NCBI GenBank assembly: GCA_963924565.1
Contig: OZ004612.1
Span: forward strand, 12,586,001-12,650,000
Length of the DNA stretch: 64,000 nucleotides
Direction of reading: 5' to 3'
From: Ascidiella aspersa
Lineage: Eukaryota
Below are positions 1-11,700 of this stretch, one piece after another. A program made the translations under genes and the position numbers. Numbering within the stretch: position 1 is the first letter of the stretch; each line of letters opens with the position of its first letter. The notes under the pieces were generated by a model, which worked only from the letters and a program-made list of their open reading frames with translations, was not told the origin of the DNA and did not search any database.

Positions 1-1209
1 GAAATACTCGTACCTTCCGTGGCATGTAACCAGTGTGGGAAAAACTAAAAAAAAACATAATAACTATATAGTTGTTAATGTAGATTGAAATATCTGTAAT
101 TGAGAAAAAAGTACAGCGTAATAGTACTATAAGTTGGACTGGGTAGGTCCCATACCGCTCAGGGCTCGAAAGCTATTAATAAACGTACAATCCGGTTTCG
201 GTACGTTTACATCCACAACCAAACTAAATGCGAAAAAATTCACGAGCATATGTGAAAGGTTCAAAGCTACATTGTACAGCCGCAAAAAACCTAAAAAACA
301 GCGGTTTGCTTTTTCAGGGCGCACCATAGCGTGGCTTATAAACGAGTATAGCGCAACAATAAAAAACACCGATTTCCTCTAAAACTTAGTTTCGGGAATT
401 CACGCCCGCGCATCTGTGTCCAAGCTGTGTGAGTTCGCTCACCGCGTTACGAGTCATACCTGGCACGCTGCACGCCCCAACAAGATCATGACGTCATGCA
501 TGAATTGCGAGTGACGAAATGCGGTGAAAGCATGGAAATCACCCCTTACTGCGCAGAAATAAATATGGAAATGTTTAGACATCGCCTTTATGGAAGCTTC
601 GAAAGGAGGCATTTCATCTTTTTCTTGCCTTTTATAGACACATTGATAACAAACGAAACTTTAAATTGTACAGTTAACAGGCTCCAAAAAAATCTCTGTT
701 TGATGGCTTTCGAAACCCATGATTTCCGTCACAGTAAAAAGGCTATTCTTACATTGCGAACCGCAAATGAAACTGGTTTACGCGGCCGGTTAAACTATGC
801 TCCAGCAGCTCAAAAATAGCACGAAAAAGGGTTTGCCATTTCATTGTACATCTTTTAACGTGCTTCTTGTGTTGTAAAAGGTTTGCATACCGAAGCGATT
901 AAACTTGCAGCTTTGGCAGAGTAATGATGGATTGAAGTTACATGCATTTTGGTCTTACGCTGATGAAGCACAACTGTATTGTCAAATCGCACTATGGGTA
1001 GATGCGAAACCGTGAAATGAAACTCGATCCGTTCCCTTATATGGCTTTGAGACTGATTAGGCTGCTTTGCCTGCTTCTCGTGCTCCTTCTCGTTTCTTTT
1101 TGACTGTGATTTTGTACATTGCAACCATAGACAACATTGTTGACAAGGCATTTGTCTGCGGTTGTTCATTGGTACGAAAACACAAATCGCACTTATAAAT
1201 GCTGTTGAA

Positions 1210-1639
1210 CAGTGTTGAAAACAAATATTTTTAAAATGAAGTCCTAGTCATGATATTGGCAAAACAACTCAAGTCCAAGTTAAGTCAGTTCAAATCATTG
1301 ACAGTAAAAATCGCATCTAAGGCACGTCACTGACATTTAAAATAAATTGTATACTTACAAAATCGAAACCACGATATTTTGCATAGCGAACATCAAAAAC
1401 GAAACGAATGTCAAGTCATAGGAAATTAACAAATTTTACTCTAATGTATTCAAATAGAACACTTAAAATTCAAGTCGTTTGTACAAGCGGTTTGAGGGCA
1501 AGTCAAATCAAATTAAATAAATTTAAGTCATTGTCAGTTACTAAAACAGTGCAGTATGCATTTTTGTTGCAATTATACAACTTTACATATAACTTGTAAG
1601 GTCTGCATATAAACACATTCGGTGAATTTACAACAATTG
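1210..1639. mobile_element. Degenerate hAT-type MITE (AAGTCAAGTC-rich family)
   Basis: Begins CAGTGTTGAAAAC, contains repeated AAGTC/AAGTCA motifs, ends TTTACAACAATTG; resembles the better-preserved copy at 46004-46482. Confidence 0.5.
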
Positions 1640-2762
1640 CAGAAATGTCACTCAAAACGAGGGCTAAGAGCCCTATACGATGTTTTGTGGTTTAAAACAT
1701 TATCTTGGCTTGTAAATATAATTTTGGTCTTAGCTTGAGCGTACATTTATTTCATAAGTGATAAGCAAATGAACAGTTTTACTTTGAAGTTGGTTAAAAT
1801 TGTATTTGACGGGGATTATCATTTAAAAGTTCCTACAAATCCGCTGTATTTCAACTTGCTATAAATATAGCCCATTTTGAAATGTCTTTCAACACGTGAC
1901 AAGCAGGACAGATGGCACAGTTTGCGTAAACAGTTCGCCGAAACCGCTCTTGGACCAATACACATATTCTCGGGACGGCCACGACTGGCGTTATTTTGCG
2001 TGAAAAAATACAGAAACGGACGCGGGTCAAACTCGGGCCGCATTTGTTTTGTTTTTTTCTGTGTTTCGCTCATCCTGAGCCACAAACACACGTTGAACTG
2101 TGGTTTTACGCCTAAATAAACCAGTTTCATTTTATGCCAGCCACTTTAAATCTAAGAAATAGACAAACCTGTTTTGCTAGTTTATTTTTTGGGTGAAACG
2201 TATAGCATACAGGGCCAAGTGTAATGTACAGGCGAGCATTTTTTGTTATTCGACGGATTGGTTTAAGATCCCAAGAAATGTACAATAGCGAAAATCACTA
2301 AAGTTTGTTTTTTAAACGGCGCTCAAGCATACACAGAAGCTTACTGCTTGGCCTAAATAGGTAATATTGTGCTGTATAAAGCTCGTTACCAATGTCGCCC
2401 AAGGCGTACCAAATTTTGAGTAGCATGAACATATGGCATGTCAAAAACGGTATGTTAGCTTTTGGTTTTAGTATTTGCTTACAATGGTTAACTGCCGTTC
2501 AGATGGCGTCATCAAAGCTTTAGCCACAATTTACCCCTCTACCGCCGAAAAAGCATTTTACACGGTATTCTTCTGTAATTTTCCAACAGCAAAAACACCC
2601 TGGCGTATACCATTCTGCACAACAGAAACCCCATATAGCTATATATGCTTCTCCGGGGGTAGCGGTATATATGCGTTCTCCGGGGGTATTATCCAACAGC
2701 AAAATTCCCATATAACTATATATGCTATCAAAAACTAAAATTATGTTTGATTTATTTGGCAG

Positions 2763-5700
2763 ACCGCGCCGGGCACCCCTCCCGCCCGGCACACATCGCT
2801 GATCAGCGCCGCGCGCCTAAAGCACCTTGAGGCCGCCAGCCGCTACAAGCGCAGCTCCTATCCGCGCGCCAGCCTCGACAGCGTCTTTGAGCACGTCCCA
2901 GAGATCCGATCGCCGAGATCCCGCGTAGGGTCGGGCGCCTCTTCGAGGTCCGAGTCCTTCTCCCTTGGCGGCGCGCGCGCGCCCAAAGGCCGGCAGCGCT
3001 TTCGCGACACGGTGCGCAGTATCCTGCGCATGCGCAGCGGCAGGACGGCCGCCGACATGAGCCACTCCCAGCAGCCGGGCCACGGCAGCAGCCCGCATCA
3101 GGCGCGACGTCAAAACCAGCGCCTGATCAACGGAGTGGCGCTAAGGAACGGCAGCAGCGGTAGCGACGCGCAAGAGTCCGGTCATCACGAGGACAACCAC
3201 CCGGCCAGTGTCGAGTCGCTAGTGCGCCGTTGTGCCGAGAGCTTTGGTAAGTTTGGGTCGCCCTTTGTTTGGGACTTTTTGCTCCCCGTGTCGTTGCTAA
3301 ATGGATCAACGACTAGAGCGGGATTGGACAAATTTTTTGACAAGGGGTCCGTATTCGGAACAGAAAAAGCCTTTATTTGGGCAGGGATAAAAGAGGAATT
3401 GAAATACCTTTATGGTTATTTAAAACAGTGTATATGAAAGTAGCATTGTTTTGACAAACTGGTAAGAGTAGGGAAAAGTAAGGTTTCCTTACAAAGATAA
3501 ATTTTGAATCCAGGTTAAAATCGTGAAGGTTTTTTTTTCTGAAAAATTGTTATTCCGAAAAATGCCTAGGCGTAGTTTGTCCAGGTTTGCACCAGAGGGT
3601 AGCCTACAAACGAATATTATGCTCGAAATTTCACGGGAAATTTTGATACGTTTTTGCATATATCCCTCTATTTTTTATCGCCGGTATAAGTGTGTTGTGT
3701 TCTTACAAACTCCAGGAGTGGTCCTTCTTATGGGTTTGACCAAAAATAATTTACTGTATTTTTTTTTGGTGGGCGGGGGATGATCAATGATTTCGTACGT
3801 TGTAGACAAAACTTCAACCTTACGCATTGGTTACGTAAGGGCTCACGGCAGCTCATTTCAAATGAACTTACAAGACAATAGAGATTTTTAGTATTTGCAT
3901 TTTTGATCATTATCCCCTTTAGCTCCTGGGTTGTTTTGGTGTTTTAAGTCGCCCAAAATACCCCGTCTGTGAATATATAGACCTCTGAAGCGGTAAATAC
4001 CCGATTCCTAACGAAGGCTGTTTCTCTTTCCACCGCCTTTAGACGCCGAAGGAAATTGCCGATGCGAGGACTTCCCGCGAATTCTGCTCCTCACCCACCT
4101 CTGGTTTATGACGTCAGAACAGCTCATTGTTCTCTTCACGCAACTATATCCTTTTCGCTACTTTGGTTCGCGCGCTGTGTGTGTGGAGTGTGGATGCCAA
4201 AAATAGCGTCAACCCGAATTAGACGCAATAAGCTGTCTGCATGGGGCGCGATTTGATGGAATGCCACGGCGCAGCAACTAATGTTCGCCCTGTTAAATAC
4301 ATTTTAAAACCGGCAAATCTATTTCATTTTTTTGCAGGGTCTGTAAACCTATTTCATTTTTGTAATTGTGTTGTTTCGACATTTACGAAATGCCGTTCTT
4401 ATGTACTTTGCCCATGTTGCGTTGCAACAGTACAATGTTCAGGGCAACGTTTTCAAGAAAACACAAGTTTTCCGTATTTAACCGTACAGGGAACAGTTTT
4501 TTTTAATAAAATACATTATTCAAACTTCGTAATTTGGCAAACTGATCGTTACCTAATGCTATAAAGAAAGTTTAATTATAGTAACTCGCTTAAGTCACAC
4601 AGCGTACAACATTTGGATCAGGTGTTTTAAGTGGCCCGCGATGAAGCCAGCACCCCGACCCCTTATCGTGTTAGCTTCGATCTACCGACCGTTTCGCGCG
4701 CAGCCCAGGTAACAAATCGAATTGGCGACACGGTGCATTTCGTGTACGGTTGCTGCACTGATCGCGACACGCGTCACAATTTTGGAGAATCGGCTCAGCG
4801 ATTTGCAGTTCCCTGGTGTGTTGTGTGCATTGAGACAACCCGATAATACTGCGGTATACCCTTGTGTATAAATACGTCGCTTGCTCTGTTGTGGGGACGT
4901 TTGAACGAGATTTGCCAAAAATGCGGGGGCGATGCAATTTTCCGACGGCAGGTGCGTTTTGAGCTGTTGTTTCTTGTGGATTTCACCTTTCTCTAAATAC
5001 CTTTGTCTCGAAAGCGAAACATTTGGCGTCGGGTGTATGTTGCCCCGTTGACGAACGGCCGGCGACAATCTGTACGTCACTATAACAGGAAAGCCTTGTT
5101 GGTGTGTAGGGGGGATCCGGAGTTATATTTGGTCGGCTCATTTCCGCGCACAGCATTCGACTGCGTATAGTTTTACGAATACCGCCTTTTAGATCGCGAC
5201 CAATCACTACGCTTATTGTTTACCGCTTGAAAACTCGACCCCAGCGCAGTTTTAGCAGCTAGTCATCACTCAATCATACACACACGCACGCAATTGCACA
5301 TGTACAAAATGCATTCGGATTTGCGTGAATCACAATTGATGGGCGTTGCGCGGAACGGTGATCAACGGCCGGCCGTTGTTATGTGCCATATGGCAGCGCG
5401 CCTGACCGGAAGGAAGATGACCGATCAAGCAGCACTTTCGCATGACTCGCTGGGACGCTGGATACCGGTGTTATTTGGGAAATGAATGCGCTAAATGTGT
5501 TCGCCTTTCCTACAGAGCCGGAAGTGAGTGTTGGAATGCCTGCGCTGGTGATATAGAATCGGGTAATGCGGTTCGCGATGGTTTACACTACTGTGGTAAT
5601 GTTCCTATACTTCCAGTTACCTGACTTCGTTTTGCAGGCATCACTGATAGTTCTGGGTGTATGTTTTAAGTTTTTATCCGTTTTTTTTTCCTTTTAAACG

Positions 5701-8700
5701 TTTTTTTTGTCAGACCGTTTCCGATTGGAAACTGAACAGTGTTAGCGAAAAGGTCTGGTTGTGCTAAATTGTGCTGTCAAATGCTATATGCAAGCAAAAC
5801 TATATACAAGCATAAGTTATACATAACGACACCAAAGTGTAAAGCATTAACGTTAGTTTCGCCTTACAAGCAAACTAATTCGTTGATATAGTTGATTGAT
5901 GGCCATCGAGCATTGATTTCGCTTGAGACACGCAGCTATAGTATATTGCATAACACTCATGTGCGTTTATGCATTCGTGGGATGCCTGCGCTTTGCTTGA
6001 AACCTTCACCAGTTTCGGTAATTTCCCAACGAAACCAATTCATCGCGCTGTGATAAAGCCCCCTGTTAAACGTTGCCTGGTCTGCAGTTTTCATTCCAGG
6101 CAAAAACCCTCTTGGCGGAAATGCTCAGCCGAGCCTCGAAATTGCAAACAATGCCGAGTTGGCCCTTCTATATACGATAAATGGCCTCGTGTGCATAACG
6201 AGATGCACCGATAAGTCCGCTCGCTAGGGGAATTCCCGAATAATTTCGGCGGGAATGCGGGATTTCTATGGCCGCCCTTTCTGCGGAAAACCCATTAGTG
6301 TGTTTGTGTGGTTTCGGCGAACAATCGAAACGTTCGTCAATTCGCCAAAAGCCCATTTGTCGCTGGTACTTTTGCGCCTTGGAATGTTATTTTTCGTGAC
6401 GACCTGAGTTTTCTGTTGTAATTTACCCTCCCAAGCAAGTAAAATCGCATTGTCGTAAAAAAAATCCAGTTAAAATTCGCCTTTAGATGACGTGGCCAAT
6501 AATGTCAGCCTTGCTAATTAGTTGCGAAGTAACAGTTCCAAAATCTTGTCGCTTTAAAATTGATAGTTGCTCAGCTGGTGCAAAACGTGAGCCTTTCATA
6601 ACGATTTCACCACTCAAAACATTTTTACGCGGTTCGAACGTTTGGCTAGTCGCCTTTCGAAACTATAGACGCTAGTAGCAGAGAAAATAAACCTTCGCCA
6701 ACTGAGCGCTTTGCACGTAAACAACAGAATCGAAACTCCCGTTGCAGCTTTTTCGCTCAGACTGCAGTTGCAAAACATCGCGGCCGCAAGAGAATGGCAA
6801 GGTTCCGCCTTTTTTGTAGCAATCAAAACTTGCACCCTTCCTCCCCAACCGCTTTCAGTCTCGAGAATTGGCAAAACTCCCGAAATTGGTTTGCCGCTTC
6901 CGCCGCTTTAGCCCACCGCAACAGACCTGCGCAGCGCGCTGCAGTTCGTTTCTATATTATTGAATCTGTACCGTACTGTACCTATAGTTTATTTCTGTAG
7001 TTGATTTATGGCGAGGAGTCCGAACTGTTAAGTTCCCCCAACGCTTTTGTCGCGGTATTGCGGCCGATTGCACTGTCAGGTGGCTTTTTTTTGTAATGAT
7101 GCAGACAGTTTGCGGCATTGGATCGCTTTAGTTTGGCTGTTTTTCACCTTGTTTATTTGCTTTGTACCCTAGTTAGTTGGTGTGACCTTTGTAAACATTC
7201 TGTTATTTCCATCCCATGCAATAGTTGCAAAAATAACGACCCATGGCCTTTCTTCCATTGCATTTTAGTAGAAACCTTTAATAAATATGTATTTTTGGCG
7301 AAATTTAACATGGCAGGTTCTCGTACTCATTTAATGTATTGTGATTTTCGTTAAATTTTCTTAACTCTTATCGTACATTCGAAGAGGAAAGCACAGCATG
7401 CGACGCCAAGAAATCAGTCTTCTTCGCAATCCAGTAAGTACGAAAATCTCTGCTTCATCATTTATTTTGCGCAAACTGTTTTAAATTGCAAAAAACGTCA
7501 TTGAAATGTTCTTCAAATTGTTTACCATTCCCATTGACAATTACAATGGATAAGACAAAAACAAAGAGCAACGAACATTTTTACAAGCTCAAACTGATTT
7601 CCAAATCGCCATGCATTATATTATCAGCTTCTTGGGCGTGTTCAAAACACAAAATAAAGTTCTGCCATTTCAGATACTGGCTCAAGGAGTTTCCGCACAT
7701 GTTTGACCTTGACCACAACCTGGTGTGCGCCCTGCGTGACCTTCAGGAACTCGCCGCCAACGACCCCGACGTCGACCCTTCCACCATCGACCTCCGTAAC
7801 AAGTAAGGGCCGAGCATAATGTTTGGGGATTTTAGTTATACGTATAGTAATAATATCAAAGCCCATATACAAGTTGTTTTTTTCTTTTTTAAAATGAATG
7901 AAGAGATATTATAATAGTTCATTATGCTACCTATTTCTATTTGGGCGTTGATATTCTTTGCTAACTAAAAAAGTCTTACTAAAACCTTCAACCATTAGGC
8001 TGTAAAATTTATTGTCAGCCAGTATGGAGAACAGACGAGAAACATTCTACACAAGCTTAACCTCATCAGCAAACTTGCCCAAAAGCGCAAGGACGTTTCG
8101 TTTTTGCAGACTTGCCTAGGCTATACATTTTGATACCTAAGTTTGTACGATTCAAGCTGTACATACGAAAGCTGGCACAATAAAATTAATCAAGTTTGGT
8201 TTTGCTTATAGGTGGGGAAGTGTGGTAAAATATACAGTTTTTATGACTCGTGGCTCAATTGTGTTAGATTATTTACATATATACCAGTTATGTCAGTTTC
8301 AACAAACGCAATCAGTTTAAATTAATTTTATAACAGAAATGTGTTGCTGTAATTTGACTTTAGATAATCAAATTATTTATTTAGGTTACTTAAGTTAAGT
8401 CAACTTGTAAAATCAGTAATTTGGGTTTACCCAAGTCAAGTAATTGACTTAAGTCATTACTGGGCAAATGTCATAAACTTACGAAGCTTGGGAAGCCGAC
8501 CAATGACTAACCGCGGCGATTTGGAACTTAACCCATAAAAGTTTTAAATTTAGATTTTAACGTTGTCCGAAAAACATGCCCCATGAGCTAAATGCGCTGT
8601 TCCCTTTCATCTTGTAGACAGGCATTATTTTTAAAAGGATCGATAACCCATCGATTTTGGGTCGGTTGGCCATTCTTCGAATTGGTCGTCTAGACACGAG

Positions 8701-11700
8701 TTAAAAGGCCACTATAGTTTAAAGCAGAATTAGTTTAAATATATTATGTTTGCAATCTGTATCGATATTTAATCATGTGTGCGGGACTTTAGTGTCGCAA
8801 TGCGTTCGTTTCTTAGCGAATTTAAACGTGCGATGCAATGCGTAATTTGCTCGTTAACTGTGATAAATGTGGGGGCGTTGGTGAGAGTGTTACGTCAGAG
8901 TTTTATCAGAATTGTTATGCACGGCTATTTTTATGATTGTTCACCTTATAAGAGAAACAGACGGAGGTTAAAATTACTTTTTTATTACGACAAAAAATAT
9001 ATATTTTTTTAAATATCAAACTGGTTCTTAAACCTTTTTGAACCAGGCATTAGCCAAACTACATATGTCAGAAAATATAACATTGGATAGCATCATTGGA
9101 TAGCGTTAGGAAATGTAGCGTTAGGTAATGTGTTGTGTTACACTGTAACTCACTTAGGATGCCCTGATTGTTAAGTAGTGCATTTTCACGAAATGCCTTT
9201 AATCTCCATTAAACCTTTGTCATGACCGAGTAAAGAAACGTCTGCTTCACTTTAAGAACAATTGATTAAAAAAACGTTTTATAATTTTACAACGAGAAAC
9301 AGTCGGACAGTTCGATTCGCACAGAATAAGCTGCTATACCCACCCGATGACCTTCGCAGCGTCACCAAATGTTGTTGTTTGCCGGCGCCGAATGATAGGT
9401 CAGCCGACAACAGTGCACTCGTCTCTGCTTCGCCTCTGGTTCGCAGCGCGACGGGCAACCGGGTTTAGTTGGCGGCCGCGAAAAACAACAACAGCATAGA
9501 GTCACTCTTTTCAAGTTGAACCGCGACCGAACACCCGTTTCGCGGAAAATCGCGCAAGGTCGGCGCCTACGTCACCAATTTTGCCCGCAACACTTCCGCT
9601 TGCTGAGACGGGCTGTAAAGCGATGGTCGCCAAACTTTGTTTAATGCGGCCTGAAGTACTCTTTTCAGAGCTATTGAAGTCTCACTACGTAAAACCACTA
9701 CGAAAACAGTGGCGGATTCAGGATATTTGTTTTTAAGGTGAAATATCACACGGCGCTGTGATGCCCAAACCGCCGATGTAAAACATATTATAAAATGAAA
9801 AATATACGCTCGAAGCGTGAAAAGTTTTGCGCTAACATATAGTTAAAGTTGGCAAAAAATATAGTTCGACAGGCTTTAAGTACCACATTTTGCACGTGGG
9901 TGAAACCACGCTTAGACAAAAAAATTCTGATACGAAGTTTTAAAATAAAGTGCAACCAATGTACGGCTATTACTCGGCCCACAACTACATGATAACACTA
10001 AGCTATTCGAAAGTAACTCGCGGCCCACTAAAAACGGCTCTGCGACCCACATTTGGACCGGGACCCACAGTTTGCCGACCGCTGCTGTAAAGCATTGTTG
10101 GCCGGGCGATTACGGGCGATCCGACAAAAAAAACAGCGAACACACGCCGCGCTGTTGAACGGTAAATGACCAAGCCAGGTTTCCAGTAGTGCGGAAAGTC
10201 CAGCCGCCCGGCTCTACCCGCATAAAGGGTTCCGCGAAAATCCGTTTTACACGGACAGGTCGTTCCCCGAAACGGCCAGCTTCGGTGGCCCGTCGTTAGG
10301 CGGCCGGCACCTTAGCTTTACCTTTTTCCCGTACTTACGCTCCCGGGGTGTTGAAACGACTTAAAAAGGTGGCAAAGGGCGACTTCTTTGTCTGACCTTT
10401 TTAAATCGCCATGGCACTTTAATCAATGCGAAAATAATGCTGGAAATAAAATTGACGCCAAAATCGGCTAAAAATCCACACAATGAACTACGGCGCACCA
10501 CCATGCTGCAAAAACGCTTACAACTTTTTTATTAGTCTTTTTAAAATATCACTGTTAAGTTCTGCACCCCAAACAAGGCCGGGCGCATCGCAAAGTGCAG
10601 CAAAGCAGAGAGTCCGTGTTCGCAATTAGACTCGCAGTGCGTACGCGCCCTTTGCCAAACGCGCCCCCCGCCATAAACCACGCTCTCGTCTCGCAATCGG
10701 GTCACGAGCCATCAATTAGCCAGGGCTATATCAAGCGCAGTCTGACGCCCGCTTCAAGCACACAAGAGAGTTTCTTTATGAGCGGCAGCTCATGCTACAC
10801 TGCAGTACTACCGCGATCGCGCCCGTGTAACACCGTTGTTAGCTTCGCACGCACTTGATCCTTCACTTTTCTGTTCTCGGTGGACGCTGCTCTGCTATTT
10901 CGCAAACGATGAAGAAGTTAGAAAAGACGTTCAGGTGAAGGATTTGTAGTGGCTGCGTGTTTAATGGCTTATAGATTTGTATTAAGTTAGACGCCGTGGT
11001 GGATTCAGACAGTCTTATGTTGGGTGTAAAAAAGTGATTTGCTGTCCTACTAAAGAGCGTTGTCAAGTCGTTTGTTTAGAAAATGAGTTTTAATTATTAA
11101 ATAGTCCTTGTGCCTGCAGAATATTATGTTTACCATTTTAGTATTTGGATTGTTTGAAATTCAGTATTTAAACTGTTAAAAACTAGGCCTGCCAGAATTC
11201 GCTCTGGGGGATTAACAACAAAAAATGACGGGGAGTTGTTTGGAAAGCTTGGAGTTAAATAGTACGCGAAATCGCGTTTGAATATTCCGCACATCAATTT
11301 GTAATGTAACTTAAATCAGGTTGAATAAAAGCGCGTTGTGTAAGAGTATACCCTACTACCCATGCACGTTTGCCAAAATGCGTGTGCACTGTTTTACTTG
11401 TTTTTGTTCACTTGTAAAACAACAATCAAGTGGTTGGTTAAGGTTGTTATAAAAGGTCGCCGTCCAATTTTACGTGACCCTAAAAAGCGTTGGCAATCAA
11501 ATTAACAAGCTGCTGTATTATTTTTTTCTTTTGTCCGCCTTTCTGGAATATTTACTTAGACCTATAGACAAAATCATATGCATAAAACGCTTAGAACTTT
11601 CACACTTCCCCAAGCGGTTTAAGCGAAGAGGGTTACTGGTTTTACAAAAGCAAGGACGAGTGTCATTGCTTAGCAATATATTATAAGCTGCAACCGTCAA

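Noticed and set aside
2817-3309. Minus-strand ORFs of 60-98 aa
   Set aside because: Antisense to the first RASGRP exon; no recognisable domain.
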